Shown: in pieces, positions 1 through 15,554 of the stretch
How positions within the stretch are numbered: position 1 is the first letter of the stretch
Layout: every line of letters starts with the position of its first letter
Source: Eledone cirrhosa
Lineage: Eukaryota
Assembly: GCA_964016885.1 (NCBI GenBank)
Contig: OZ024745.1
Coordinates: 35,898,001 to 35,962,000, forward strand
Reading direction: 5' to 3'
DNA length: 64,000 nt
Notes under the pieces: generated by a model
Told to the model about the DNA's origin: nothing
The model's input: only the letters and a program-made list of their open reading frames with translations
Database searches by the model: none
Made by a program: the position numbers and the translations under genes

Positions 1-76
1 TTGTTCAGCGCATCGGTAGGGGTTCTCCTACATGAATATAACGTAGTGGCCATACTCGAAAACAAGTTAGCAGCCA

Positions 77-140
<64 letters not shown>

Positions 141-386
141 AAAGATTGTGAGAGAGAACAAGAACCAAATAATGTATAGAGGAACGCAAAAATAGATAAA
201 TGAATGACAAAAGAAAAACCAAGTAATATAAAAATATCTATTTACAAAAACAAAAAGAGAAACACAATCAGAATGACAGACACGGAACTGAAACGAAATG
301 AACGAATGAAATGAATAAACAGAAGGAAGAGCTTACGTGTAGACGAGTTGGTAGTGGGTTGAAGAAAATCTAAAGAAAAACTATAC

Positions 387-433
<47 letters not shown>

Positions 434-917
434 CGGGAGGCAGACTAATACTTATGAGCTAGACATTCTGAGATCAAAAGATTTCTAGTGTAGTCATGTA
501 GATTTGAACTTTTGTTTTTATTGTCAGCGTTTATGCAATGTCTTTTTCCGTTGTATGTGATATCGTCACGAACATTGATATCATAAATACTATTGCTAAG
601 TCAGTATAACACCAATGTCTATTGTATATTGTGCTTACTGTATTCGCAATATGTTTATTTTGTGGATTTATATTATTCAAATCACATTCGTGTATTTATA
701 TTTACATACAGTATCACGTAGCAAGAGGTAAAGACACGTACATACAAAAACCTAAGAAGAAACGCATGCACATACACATGTTTACTTGTAAATTAATGTA
801 TTTCCATTTCAGTCATCGTATGTACACACAGACAGAGACACAGATAAAGACGCAGACATACACACATATGTGTGTATGTTTGTGTGTGTCTGTGTCTCTG
901 TTTGTGTGTGTGTGTGT

Positions 918-1007
<90 letters not shown>

Positions 1008-1595
1008 AAATATACATGCTTATTATAATAGATATTTTGAATGTATATCTATCTATTTAGATAACCGAAAGATTACAAACTCTTCTCTCACTTTATATCA
1101 ACACACCCGAAGTAACTCCTACTTCGTCTCCCCTCTCCCCAATCATATTGGAGGAGTGAATAAAATAGAAAGGGTGAGAAAATATTTGCGTATGTGTGTC
1201 TGTGTTGTATTTTGGTAGTCGCCTGGGCTGTCTGGTGTTCGGTGCCAAACAATACTTCCTCGCATGTAAGGTGACGTCAATGTACATCAGATAGGCTAGT
1301 TGTTCAACTATGACGCGCAAACATCACACACATTTCATCATAGGCTCGTTTCATGGAGGCTAATCTGTAGCTAAAGATCTAAGACGTAAACTCCTAGAAA
1401 TATCAGCCAAGTTCTCCGAGATCATAATGTAATGTGATTAACTAGGGAAGAACAAATTGGTAAATGTCATCTTATATCTACACAATATATATATATATTA
1501 TAAATATAAGCTATCGTCGTATTTTGACTAAAAAAAATTATTTAGCCTGATAGTGGGGTTAAGAACCCTCGGAGAAATGGAAAAAAGATGAGTAT

Positions 1596-1666
1596 TGACG
1601 TAGATGGGAGTCGAACCCAGATCTTTGGTTATCCAGACCACTGTACTACCATTACACCAAAACATC
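1596..1666 (-). ncRNA. tRNA-like module (71 nt, Gln-like body, GGA at the anticodon position), repeat-borne
   Basis: GATGTTT TG GTGT AATGGTA GTAC A GTGGT CTGGATA ACCAA AGATC TGGG TTCGACT CCCA TC TACGTC A. A and B boxes present; acceptor stem imperfect. Confidence 0.7.
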
Positions 1667-1870
1667 ACCCGTCTTCTTCCATTCAAATTAGAAGCTATAA
1701 TCTTAGCAACTGTAATGTCAAGTAAGAATATTTTCGAAACAGCGAGCGAGTTTGAAATTATAAATATAAGCTATCGCCTTATTTTGACTAAAGAAATTAA
1801 AGAAATTATTCTTACTTGACATTACAGTTGCTAAGATTATAGCTTCTAATTTGAATGGAAGAAAACAAGT

Positions 1871-1941
1871 GATAGGTTGGTGCAATGGTAGCACAGTAGT
1901 CTGGATAACCAAAGATGTGAGTTCGACTCCCATGTACGTCA
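1871..1941 (+). ncRNA. Second copy of the tRNA-like module
   Basis: Inverted copy of 1596-1666 with TGGTGCAATGGTAGCAC and GAGTTCGACTCC boxes. Confidence 0.65.
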
Positions 1942-3236
1942 ATACTCATCCGTTTCCATTTCTCCGAGGGGCCTTAACCCCACTATCAGGCTAAATAATT
2001 TCTTTAATTTCTTTAGTCAAAATACGGCGAGAGCTTATATTTATAATTTCAAACTCGCTCGCTGTTTCGAAAATACTCTTACTTGATATATATATATTGT
2101 ATATATATATATATATATATCAGAGGTATATATTGAGTTAGAAACTCAAAATAGTCTCTTACAATTAAATAGCTCAAAGAAAGAAGTTTTTTCTGAGCCG
2201 TGTACTATAATTGTATATACCAGAGAGATAAACACAAATATAAACATACATGTGTTCGAATTGTAAGGGACCAAGTTCACTAGGGTGAACAAAATTATAT
2301 ATATATACATGAGATGAGTTTTTTGCTCGAATATCAACTCAGATGAGTAGATGGGGCCGGAGTTGTGTCTAGCATTTGCATGGATCCTGAGCCTCTCATC
2401 TGTGAAATGGTCGTAACTCTGTATAATCAAGAAATATCATAATGTGAGACCTCGTTTTACCTTAATATATGTATGTGTGTGTGTGCGTGTGGGGGGTGGG
2501 GGGTTAGTACATATGAAGGCACGTCACTATATTTCCATACTTCAATTTATTAAATAACGAATACTATGCACACTTTAGATGTGCTAACACGTCAACGTAT
2601 GATAAGTCTGAAAGTAACCAGTCCACCCAATCCAATCGTTAACTCTCTAGTACGTCGCAGCTCTGGATATACTTCCGTATAACAACGTTTGCTGTATCTG
2701 ACAGCTTATATTCGTTCCCGAAAACAATATATGCCTCGCTCTGACCAATTCTGCCAAGCCATGACGCAGCCCTTCCTTCAAAGCCGAAAAATATAACAAT
2801 AATAAAACTAAAATATGTATAGCGATGAAGAAATGAAATGTTTAATGGATGAATGAGATCAACTATTTCATAATATTTCATATATCTCATTTATTAAGAG
2901 AGCATGAAATCTTTGGTCCGTTTGCGTAACCCGGAGATTTCTTTGTTTCATCATTATTCTAGAGACACTGTTCGAAGATTACATTTTTACCTAGTTATAC
3001 AACCATTTAGATTGCTCCAAAACTAACTACCCAACAATAAACATATATTGAAGAAACATAATTACAATATCTGATTCATTTCAGTGAGTCAATGGAATTG
3101 TGTCAGTGACTCGATGGTGAGGCTCATATACGCAGATGGACTATTCATAGTATATATTTCAGGAAGAAATAGAAACAGAAAGAAAATATTTTAATGGTTT
3201 AGCCGGAAAAACATCGACCATAAAAATATGTATAAT

Positions 3237-3341
<105 letters not shown>

Positions 3342-3377
3342 ACACACATACACCACACACCACACACCCACAGATAC

Positions 3378-3414
<37 letters not shown>

Positions 3415-3457
3415 TATATAAATATATATACACATATATATACACATATATATATAT

Positions 3458-3650
3458 AATATAGAAATGGCTTCTACAGGACTAGAACTGTTTCATTCGG
3501 GAGAAATCATCAAGGCTTCCTGATATTTTTCCCGAATGAAACATTTCTAGTCCTGTAGAAGCAATTTCTATATTAAATATTTATACTCTGCTATGTATTG
3601 AGTACCTTACTTACTGCGGTTACCCCCGATTGAGCCCGCGATAAACTTAT
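3458..3650 (+). mobile_element. Short PLE-type terminal-repeat insertion: fold-back of two decayed HHR copies
   Basis: 3458-3512 is inverted against 3519-3574. Right arm reads GCTTC-CTGATAT..GAAA-CAT TTCTAGTC CTG-TA-GAAGC, homologous to the HHR at 16171-16223. TA-flanked. Confidence 0.75.
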
Positions 3651-3655
3651 ATATG

Positions 3656-3712
<57 letters not shown>

Positions 3713-6700
3713 TTAGAGAGAGAGCGAGGGGGGGGGGCAGGAGAAATATAACAGAATTAGTCTTCCGTTAGTGTAATCAATTATGATATGTAACTATAAA
3801 CTGAACATTACACTGTTCCAAATTTATCAATTTACAGAGTATATATAAAAATTTGCCAACACTATCTAAAACACGACATTGAAGAAGAGTAAGATCATCA
3901 TTTATTGCATAACTCTGAGACGTGTTTCTTTCTATGTGTTATATAACCACTCTAGGATCCTTAACATTTGACTCTTTCAATCACATTAAATGGAATCCGA
4001 CTAGTCAAAAAATTATATTTAGTCACAACAAATATTCAAAATGGAATACGTACGTTTTCACATATAGAAGATAATACTCAAACCGTAACATTTATCAAAC
4101 TTTTTTAGACCAGTTATATTAGTGAATATATAAGGAAAACAACCCAAACTAAAAGCGTTTCATTGTTACTGAAATCCAAAACCTGCTATTAAATTTTTTT
4201 CTTATAATGATCACTTTATCATTAACGTTTCCTCTTGTCATTATCGTCTCAAATTTACTTGGATAAACCTGACAAAACGCACGCATTACCAAGGCTGGAC
4301 GCATATTAATTCGGAATGCAAGTAAATCGTCATTCCATTTATTCAATTGCTTTCAAGCTGCTCTCTAAAATCCGTACTTCGAAGTGGCACTAGAGTATTG
4401 ATGACAATGATTATAATGGTCCTGATCATTTCAGTGAGAGCTGTAAATAACAGCAGCTATGCGCGAGTTCTACTCAGATATGAATAAATTCAGTTTAATA
4501 TGGTTGCTGACTCAGATTTCAACGTCGAAGTATTCTATGTCTCGATTCATGTTATAGAGAAATTAAGCATTAACGTTGCCGGCCTAATTTAGATTTTACT
4601 CTTATCCAGTTGTAGTGATTGAATACCATTATTTCTGATTCTCTAAAGTCTGATGCGCATGTATAAATAGATTTACCTGGTATTAACACGCAAACTTGTA
4701 TATACAGGATGTATCAAAAGGAATCATATGAAAGTAATCAGACAGAAAATAATGTAGGTATTGTAAATAAATTTATAGAACGTTGTAAAATTTATAGACT
4801 AGAATAACATCTCATATTCAGACAAATAAGTTACTGTATGATATTATGATCATTTGTTTAAAAATATATAGCCATTTGAAATCGGATGTTTCTTTTTCAT
4901 ACAAATTGTTTACACAGACACACGCAAACACACATACACACACGCACACACACACACACAAACACACACACACAAACACACACATACACATACACACACA
5001 TACCCACGCCCCCACTCACCTCCATATATATATATATATATATTCATAGATATGTATGTTTGTAACTGGATTTACGTACATGCAGTGAGACAATCCTAAG
5101 TAATATCATAACCTCTGACACCAAATCTAGAATAGATAAATGACCTCTAACCCATTCAAAAATGAGCCACCAAAATGGATGAGACAAAATAACATGGTGC
5201 AAACCCAATAAAGTTGTGCAATACCAACTAAATAAATATCAATATGAATAAAAAACAAAAACAAGAAATTGAATTAAATTGATAAACATGAAATGCGATC
5301 AAAACCTGGGAAGAAGAAAATATAGACATGACAAAAAGGAAAAAATAGAAAGGGTGTTAATCGTTAAAATGAACCTGGAAAACAGTTTTTCCCCTGCATT
5401 CCCGTTCCTTATACTCTCTATTATCTGCTGATCACACCTGGTAGAAGGAGGCGGAGCTCTAACTCTATTGAAGCAATTACATACAAATGAACAATTTCAT
5501 GAATACAATCTCTTGACTTTTACTATATTTTATGGAACTCAAATGGATGAAAAAGAAAGTTGATCCTTACATAATTTATATTCAGAGTACAGTACAAAGG
5601 TGGGAAATCATACCGGGGCATTTAATCCAGGGTCGCAAATAGGAAATGAGAAATATTCTAACAAAAATATAAATAAGATATAAACAAAAAAATAAAACAA
5701 CAAAAGCATTATATAGATGAGCTTACTTGGATAGTAAATTAGTTAAAAGATTTGCGTAATAGCATCTATGATTTTTGGATCTCAAGCAGTTAGCAGGAAT
5801 ACATTTCAGGAACTTTGGAATCCTGACCATTGAACACGGAGATGTTAATCTGAGCAGTAAAACAAAAACGAAGATAGATGACAATTGAAAACTGCGAACT
5901 GAACATTATGAAGGAATACAAGGAAATAACTGGTTTGATACATATTGACATTATATACAAGGAAGCCAGAGATTCTTCTTCTTGAGTAGTAGCTCCGAAT
6001 ACTATATAAGTGTCAGAAAAATATCATTCCTGTCATATTCTATTGTCTTATGAAATAGGATACTCGTAATATTAAAAATAAGTGCAAACGTGAGATACAT
6101 ATGTAGAAGGCAGTAGATATTAGCTCTATTAAATAAGGATAACCTGAAATAATCTCCTCACATTCAGTCAGAAAATACCTTTCCAGATTAACTAGTATTT
6201 GACAGGCTAGAATATCTAGAATAGCTCCAAGTCCCTCAAATCATGTCAAAATAAATTAAGTATTAAAGGTCACATTGGACAATGCCGTCTCTGGCATACG
6301 AACCTAAATGGGAAATGGTCGTTTCTGGAATAATAATTCCACTAGGCCTATATGAGCAGTAATAACCAAAACCATAATAAAATACAATGCATTTTGATCG
6401 ACGAGTAACATATATTTAGCACCCAGGGAATGAAACCATGCACCAGTATATCAGAAGATCGCATTTGAACGCTTTTCCTTTAATTATAATTGTCACCTTA
6501 ACATTTGTATTAACTTTGTTTAACAAAGTTTAACATTCCCTGATAAGAGTATAACGACGTTGAATAATGGAAGTCATATTATCGTGTTCCTCACAGTAAT
6601 TGTGTTAACGCTTACTTATATAGATGAATTCAGTAATATAAGGCTATTCAGATAGCAAATTTATTTGTTATAAAATAAATATAAAAATTAATGACTGTAC

Positions 6701-7235
6701 GTTTTCTTATAAATTTTAGTCAATGTACTTCATCAGCATGAGAAATAATAACTAATTACGTTGTTCACACTTTAAATCCATTATTTGTGACTAGCAGAAA
6801 AATCACCTTTAGGGTGGTTTTTCTGCTAGCATGTGTAGTGTGTATATTGATATTAAAAGCAGGTATATATACATGTAGATATGATGCATCAAATAAAATC
6901 TGACAATATACACAGAAATTGAATGAAGACTGCGTTACACTATCTTATGTAATCAGTAACTTAATCCATGATACATTACAAAAGACGATATTATATATAA
7001 ACTGCATTAGGAGAAAATTAGTGACAGGAAATTAGTATGTTTATTTAAGCGATCGCCACCGGAAGTGTTGACATCACACACTCTCTTTTTCTATATATAT
7101 GTTAGTTGAAGTGGTGGTTTTGGCGACGATATACCGGAAGTGCAACTTTGAAAAGAAGTCAATTTTAAATTATTTATTTTTACGAAATTATTTTTGTTTA
7201 CGAAATTGAGTATATATAACATTCATTCATATTTT

Positions 7236-7421
7236 GGTGGTTTGACAGTATCGGTAGAGGGTCGGACAACATGCTTTGCAGCATAGAGTTACGCCCCTTT
7301 CTGATCTGAGTTCAAATCCTGCCGAGATTAACTTTGCTTTTCATCCTTACGGGGTCGAATAAAGTACCAGTATTGCATTGGGATAATTGCTGGCCTTGTG
7401 CCAAAAGTAGAAGCAATTATT
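7236..7421 (+). mobile_element. tRNA-derived SINE family A (diverged copy)
   Basis: B box GAGTTCAAATCC followed by TTTCATCCTTACGGGGTCG..AAGTACCAG (resembles the Meta/MESC central domain); homologous copies elsewhere in the window. Confidence 0.8.
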
Positions 7422-8639
7422 TAGTCAAAGTAATCCAACTTATTTTACAAACGGGATAAAAAGAAAAAACCGTACGCAATCCCGCAGACCTTCCTTTATT
7501 ATAGTTTAGATTGTGACGAGCGAGCGAGTCCTAACATTACTAAAGTGAATGAATGCTATTTTTTAAAATAATTTCTTCATAAGCCGAAGAACATCTTCCA
7601 TGGCTCTACTGAAGGTCACCCTGAATGGAGCAGGTTATTCTCACAGAGGCGCCTTACCTGGATTGTTTGGAACAGAGTCTAATTCCGTAAAGACACTCAA
7701 AACCCAAAGGCACATTTTACAATGAGATGTGGATTTAGTTTTAATGCCAGTCGGGTTATAATTACCCTAGATTCTTAATCCCGAGTTGTTAGATTTCCAA
7801 CTATAATCATCCTGATTTGTATAAATAAAAACATTGTCATATGCAAACTTTTCGTAACACAATAGTTTGCACTGCTATGTCTAACAGAGTGAGTCTACGT
7901 TGAGGCGCTTTAGATAGCGGAATTACATTTTGATTTTAATTCTACTCAGCTTTTGTCATGTTATAGTAGCCGAAATTCAAACTAGTTCACGATCTCACAG
8001 TTTAGAGAGAAAGAGAGATGTTATGCAATCAAATAGAATACAAATATATCAATAAATCTTCCGGATATATGATTGAAATAGTGACATTTAAAGTTGATCT
8101 TCTATAAAATCTAACCAGATGCCCGATCAAGAAAAATATAAGCAAGGTAAGCCATCTAATATATGAATAATATGGTGACAACACCATATTATTTATATAT
8201 CAGAAACCATATGATTGATTATACATTTTTATTATTTAAAACGCTGGAGGCACAATTGGCTATTAATGCTACGATACCGAATGATCGCACAGAGATTTCT
8301 GGGTTGACTTTCATGATCTGCATTCAACGTGTATTTAAAAAGCATTTAAACACACAGTGGGAGAGGAAAACATGCGATCGCCATCGGTTACATGTGTACG
8401 TGTGTGTACATCAATATTTATTTATGTTATTGAATAAATTATTTTAATTATAATCTATCTAGATATTTCTATTGCAAAAGCAGTTAGCTGTTGGGTTACC
8501 CTGAGCATTATAGACAGTATAAATATTATTTAAAGGGCTTTTTCACTGAAAAGTGTACTCCCAGTTTTCCGTGCAGTTCTGGTAGAGTTAACTAACTTGT
8601 CTGACATTATATCATAATTATCCAGGTTTGCGCTGTTGC

Positions 8640-9480
8640 TAGATGGAAAGTAATCCGCTAAATTAAGAGTGTTTGAGAGGAAACTTTCATAGTGTTTTTA
8701 TTTCGCATTTTATGGTATTTATGTGATTGGGGAAAGTTTTATCAAGTATCCGATAGGACTATTTATGTATATTTGTAACTATATGCTTGTTACTACCTAA
8801 ATTTCAGATGTCTATCCCATTGCTGTAAGTTTAATGATGAGAATTATAATCTGCAAATTTAGGGATATTACCTGAGTTTATAACGTGAACTTTTGTCGAA
8901 TTAGAAAGTTTATGTGAGTGGTGCGTAAGTGGTATTCTATCATTATATAAATTCCTGTACTTATAGTTGCTTTGTTACTACTAGTTAGTTCTTAGATCTT
9001 TTGTTGCTGCAATATGTGCGCGCCTTCATACTCATACAATGCCTATTTGTGGTAGATGTGATAGTTAGAGTGTTAATAGAAGAGACAGTTACATGGTCAT
9101 TAACCTTATCATTAGTGTCATTTGTGTTAGATTCAATATTTTGATCGTACTTAGATCTACGTAATGTGCTATTTTAAGTGATTATATTTGGATTTCTACT
9201 TCTATGGTTATTGGAATCCAAGTTGTATCGGATTTTCTCATTATATCCTGATCTAATTAAAGCCTTCTCACTATTAGAGTATACTATAGAGATGCTGTCA
9301 GATTCCTGTTTTACTATAGACTTAAGTATAGAACTAGGGTGGTTTGAGAAGTCATTTACATAGAAGAAATGCCCACCTGGTTTGTGTTAAGGTTTATATA
9401 GTCTAGCATTTAATTCCAAGGTGGCATAACTACTTTATTATATAGCTATCGTTATATTTAAGCCATTTCCTTTAAAACCC
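8640..9480 (-). pseudogene. Decayed Naiad-type PLE fragment (RT thumb to linker)
   Basis: Manual minus-strand translation gives LYKP*HKP..YVNDFSNHPSSILKSIV..ALIRSGYNEKI and ILDKTFPN/HKYHKMRNKNTMKVS, collinear with the intact PLE protein in this window. Contains stops and frameshifts. Confidence 0.75.
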
Positions 9481-10544
9481 ATCTGTAATGCTTTCTTTTA
9501 TTCTTTCCAATTTTCTCCTCTTGATAAATGCATCGTTTCTTTCCAGGGATGTTGTTAAAAAATAAACATCATTTGGTCATTCAATAAGAGAATCCTGGTC
9601 GCTCTATGAACCTTTCAACCAATGAACGTATCAGCCGACCCTCGTATGTTTTGGTAAATGCTGGTTGTGTTCACCTCTACTTGAAACTTAACTGATGCAT
9701 TTAGCTATTTTTGATAATTGAATACAAATATATTCACCAAGTTTAGGCAGTAAATGTTTCAAACAAGGTGACCTATGAAACTCCTTCATGTGTGCAAACT
9801 TTGAAATAAGAGTGACAACTAATTGATATCCTGCAGGATTAGATATCCAAGCCGAGGTCACATATAAGCAACAAGAGAGACGAGGAAGAAATAAATTGAG
9901 GAGACAAAATCTAATCAAATTGAAAGATCTTTAACTTATGCTTCATTATACTAAGAAATGTATTTCATCAAATGAATCCCCATTCAACGTTTGGTACTTT
10001 AAACAGTTCATTGTTAAGTAATCGAAAGGAGATCCATCAAATAAATTTATTCTCGAGGAAATATTTATCAAAAGAAGTTATCAAAATAAGGAGAAACTGA
10101 TGAAAAGGAATTCTGGACTCCGGCATTTATTTCGAAATACCCATAACATCCTATACAAATCACTAAGCAAATATTATTTCAGTTATATAACTATTACTTT
10201 ATACAAACAAAAAGCCTCAATTACTTCTTTACAATTATAGAGAAATAATTGGACCAAAATCTTTGGTTAGATTATTGACTATATCGGGCCAAGTAAATCA
10301 TTCCATACTTAGAAATTCATCGGAATTACTATGCAAGGATAAGAGTTAGGTAAATAAATGATTAATAAACATATAACTGTATACAAAATTAATAAAACTT
10401 TGAAAATTAATGCAATGCATGTTTGCTTAAGCTATGGAGAACGTCCCTAAATCCGCCTCCAAATTGCACGACACACATCCAGTTTCTATGATACATTGTC
10501 CCTATAAAGCATTAAGCACAGACCGGAGACATTTATTCATTCAT

Positions 10545-10858
10545 TGGATTGGCAGTATCAGTAGAGAGTCGGACGCCATGCTTTCCAGCATAGTTACGCC
10601 CCTTTACGGTCTGAGTTCAAATCCCGCCGAGGTTAACTTTGCCTTTCATCCTTACAGGGTCGATAAAATAAAGCACCAGTAATGTACTGGGTAATTGCTG
10701 GCCTTGTGCCAAAAGTAGAAACAATTATTATAATACCCAAATCCCGCCGAGCTTAACTTTGCCTTTCATCCTTACGGGGTCGATAAAATAAAGTACCAGT
10801 AATACACTGGGATAATTGCTAGTCTTGTGCCAAAAGTAGGAACAATTATTATAATACC
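10545..10858 (+). mobile_element. SINE family A with tandem duplication of its 3' ~120 bp
   Basis: Near full-length copy at 10545-10733. CAAATCCCGCCGAG..ATTATTATAATACC occurs at 10618-10737 and again at 10738-10858. Confidence 0.85.
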
Positions 10859-13011
10859 GTTGTCTTAATTTGGTACGATTGACATTTTATGAAACTAGAC
10901 GTGGTTTTCTTTAAATTGCTTCGATTTTCGAAATGAGATAGAATCAGAGTGTCCTTTTTACCTCCCGATACAAAGTGTCTCAACACATTCATATTACAGT
11001 AGACGTCTGGAAGTTATTGTTGATTATCTGTAGATCGAACAATTTCAATTAAAATGATAATTGAGATTATGCCTCAAGATATTCTGAACATTCTGTTTAA
11101 AAAGGACAGTGATATTTTAATGTTATAGGACTCCGTATCGTTAGACAGTAGTGGCTAGTAATTTTCATTCTGTATTAACAGGACAAACAATGAACATTGA
11201 AAAGCTGCGGGGATAAAAAATTTCCAAAACAAACATCATCTGGTTTACCCTATTAGAATTCGAGTAAACGTATATAGACTCCACTCATTTCAACGAAAAT
11301 ATATTGTATTTTAAGCTGCATGACGCGGCAAATAAAACAAAAATAAATTATCAGTCTTAACGGAAAATATTAAACAAACTTGAAATTAGGCTAAAATATC
11401 TTTTGAATTTAAAATTTCAAACTATAAACACGGTGAGATCCAAAAGCTGGTCCCGATTTGTTAAACAACAAGCAGACATCTATCAAGATGTTCAGAGGAG
11501 TAGTGCATTTTTTATGGTTAAGATTCATAATCAATACCCCATTTCAGGATATTCCATCTTAACGAGAACACCAATAGATCAATCAAAATGTGACTGAATT
11601 TTCGAGTAAAATTTAGCCAGAAGGTATATTTACACTATGCTTTAGAATGATTATCCTATCGATGAGAACGATTTCGATTGCAGTTTCCGGAGATTTGTGC
11701 AATAACTTGATATTCGAGCGCATAAAGCCGATATCCGCTGTATCAGTTTTAGTATTAGGCGTCGAAGAATTTGTGTGTAGGCGTGAAGTTGATATCGTCG
11801 TACAAAGATGTATATTGTTCTGCGCCAATTTGTAGTTCTTAATGCTGGGGACGGTAGCTTCTATTGCGAGAAAAGGGAATGTTATGTTCGAATAAAATAT
11901 AAAATCTACGCACTCAGTAGTTAAATCTTTCTCTGACTGGAGAGCCCAAGTCATATTATATGGTACAAGGGAGAAACGTAAAGGCTTAGATGTGAAGTTT
12001 ACTGACTATCATTTCAGCTGTTACGGGGTAGATAAGCAGACAATATATACAATGCCAGCTTAGATCCTACAGCATTTAAGATATCATGATATGCAATCGA
12101 ATCCTGGTATTTTACTGAAGTATTCCCCCAAACATCAAAAAGAAACATATTAAACATTGCAATTCAGTAGGGATTGATAATGTCCAAAGTACTGCATTAC
12201 GATTTACATGGGAGTAAAGATGTTTATAAGTTATTAGCTTGAATTGCATACATAGTTTTGCCAATTAGTGTTATATATTCTATAGCACAGGCTGCGTTTA
12301 ATTAACATCTATATGTTTGGAAAATGTATGGCAATGGATTTTACAAAGCCAGAATATTAGCTTTTATATATGTTGTAAAATGTTGATGTTACACGAAGCT
12401 GATTTAAAAATTAAATATGTTTCTTTATGTCTATGTAAAATATTTTCTTATATGGTCAATGGGTGCTGATATATGAAAGAAATACTTTCTCCTTTTCAAA
12501 TGTATAATTTGAACTGCAGTATATTTTGAAATAGTTCGCATTTAACCCGTTCGCACTCAATATACATGGCATTTTGATCTTATTATTATTTCTGCTTTTC
12601 GTTTTCTTTTTAAAATGTTGTTTCAAGTTTAATGGTACTGAAATCTTTTTTGCTGGAAGAACGTTTTCCTCTGATCAGTTTCTGGAATCTAAACACAACA
12701 TACAAACACATTGAAATTGAGATAATCTTCAAATACTTCAGACAGATTGAGGCGTCCATATTCTTTAAACTGTTTTATTGTTAGTTTTGCATTTCCAATG
12801 GAATGGTCAAATTGAACTTATCCAACAAACCAACTTCATTAAAGGCATTGAATAAATGTTTTAATATATCCGTTTCTCAGTTGATTTTATAGAAATATTG
12901 TTCATTTCATGAAAGAAAATTTCAATGAAACAGTTCAGTCTATACAAAGGATTTCACAGTAGTTACTCTGTTGAACACACTTTCGTAGTTGTTCATTAGT
13001 GTTTTTAAATA

Positions 13012-13975
<964 letters not shown>

Positions 13976-13977
13976 TT

Positions 13978-14041
<64 letters not shown>

Positions 14042-14273
14042 GTGGAGGAAGCAAAACATCAAACGTCTAATTGATAATAGTTTGTACCATTAATTCGGTT
14101 ATCAAAGGTGTCAGACAAAGACAAATATCGTATCTGTATATTTTTATATTTTTATTAAATGGTAATCTCGAAATGTTTCTAATTCTCGTGTATGGATAAA
14201 ATCACCTGTTTTATGTATAGCATACTTATATTTTCATACGTCTAATTTCGTGTGTTGACCTCTGTTATGGTAG

Positions 14274-14315
<42 letters not shown>

Positions 14316-14320
<5 letters not shown>

Positions 14321-15074
14321 TATGTACACGTACATACATATATGTATACAGACGTACAGTAGTATGTATATGTATATACATACATGCACACATATATATA
14401 TGTACGTATGGATTCACCGAACATTTATTATAATGCTCGGTGTGTTTGTAAAGAAACATCCCGTATTAAGCCGTAGTGTCCAGCAACCATCGTTGCTCGT
14501 TTGAGCGTACATATATATATATGTGTGCATGTATGTATATACATATACATACTACTGTACGTCTGTATACATATATGTATGTACGTGTACATACTTATAT
14601 TTAAGTAACAGCCGTACTAAGAGTGGGAAATGAAATTTCGTTTCATTTTTCCTGTTTATCGTATTCGGTGCACCCGGCCGATTAACCCACTCGATATGCA
14701 AATTGGGCTACTCAGCCGTTAATATGCATAAGGTAAGTATATACGTTCAACAATCTGGCAGGAAGGTATACGTTGCTGATGATAGCTAATAAGCTTGAAA
14801 CTAGTATTGCGCAGTCCTTTGTCGGTGTTGAACAAACGAGCAACGATGGTTGCTGGACACTACGGCTCAATACGGGATGTTTGTTTACAAACCCACCGAG
14901 CAGTATTATAAATGTTCGGTGAATCCATACGTACATATATATATGTGTGCATGTATGTATATACATCTACATACTACTGTACGTCTGTATACATATATGT
15001 ATGTACGTGTACATACTTATATTTAAGTAACAGCCGTACTAAGAGTGGGAAATGAAACTTCGTTTCATTTTTCC

Positions 15075-15078
<4 letters not shown>
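14316..15078 (+). mobile_element. Retrozyme-like element: inverted arm (14316-14503) plus 1.35 copies of a ~424-bp unit, in (TA)n
   Basis: 14506-14660 repeats at 14930-15078; 14316-14503 is the reverse complement of 14833-15020; carries an HHR. Confidence 0.8.
14770..14812 (+). ncRNA. Minimal type I hammerhead ribozyme
   Basis: CGTTG-CTGATGA-tAGCT aata AGCTt-GAAA-CTAG-TA-TTGCG. Palindromic CTAG loop replaces stem III; stem I is weak. Confidence 0.7.
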
Positions 15079-15150
<72 letters not shown>

Positions 15151-15183
15151 CACGGGTGTGTATGATTGTGTATAGATGATTAT

Positions 15184-15479
15184 ATTAATAAAAGCAATTC
15201 CAACTTTGTCTGATTTACTCCATTTATTTACAATCCTTTAAAATTTATAATGGTATTAGAATGAAATAGTATGGTAGAATATTAAATGTTAAGTGTTAAT
15301 TGAACAAGTACTTTCATATTATTATTGTTGTTATTGTTGTTAGTGGTGGCATGAAAGTACTTGTTCAATTAACACTTAACATTTAATATTCTACCATACT
15401 ATTTCATTCTAATACCATTATAAATTTTAAAGGACTGTAAATAAATGGAGTAAATCAGACAAAGTTGGAATTCCTTTTA

Positions 15480-15484
<5 letters not shown>
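15184..15484. repeat. Fold-back repeat with ~134-bp arms, in TA context
   Basis: 15184-15317 versus 15351-15484 are near-perfect reverse complements. Confidence 0.9.

Positions 15485-15554
<70 letters not shown>

Larger units (their letters stand above)
1498..2086. mobile_element. Non-coding (TA)n-flanked element: ~260-270 bp unit as 1.2 tandem copies (1498-1810) plus an inverted, permuted copy (1808-2086)
   Basis: TTATAAATATAAGCTATCG recurs at 1498 and 1758. 1808-2086 is the reverse complement of the same unit, starting and ending at TCTTACTTGA. TA tracts on both sides. Confidence 0.8.

Noticed and set aside
1596-1941. Functional tRNA genes
   Set aside because: Mismatched acceptor stems, a GGA anticodon without the Ser long arm, and location inside a repeat.
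2335-2420. HHR-like CAGATGA..GAAA with a good stem II
   Set aside because: Core mismatch and no stem I pairing; at most a decayed copy.
10960-11092. Minus-strand segment bounded by AG/GT splice-like sites
   Set aside because: Stops in all three frames.
11613-11954. 113-aa ORF
   Set aside because: No recognisable motif or supporting gene structure.
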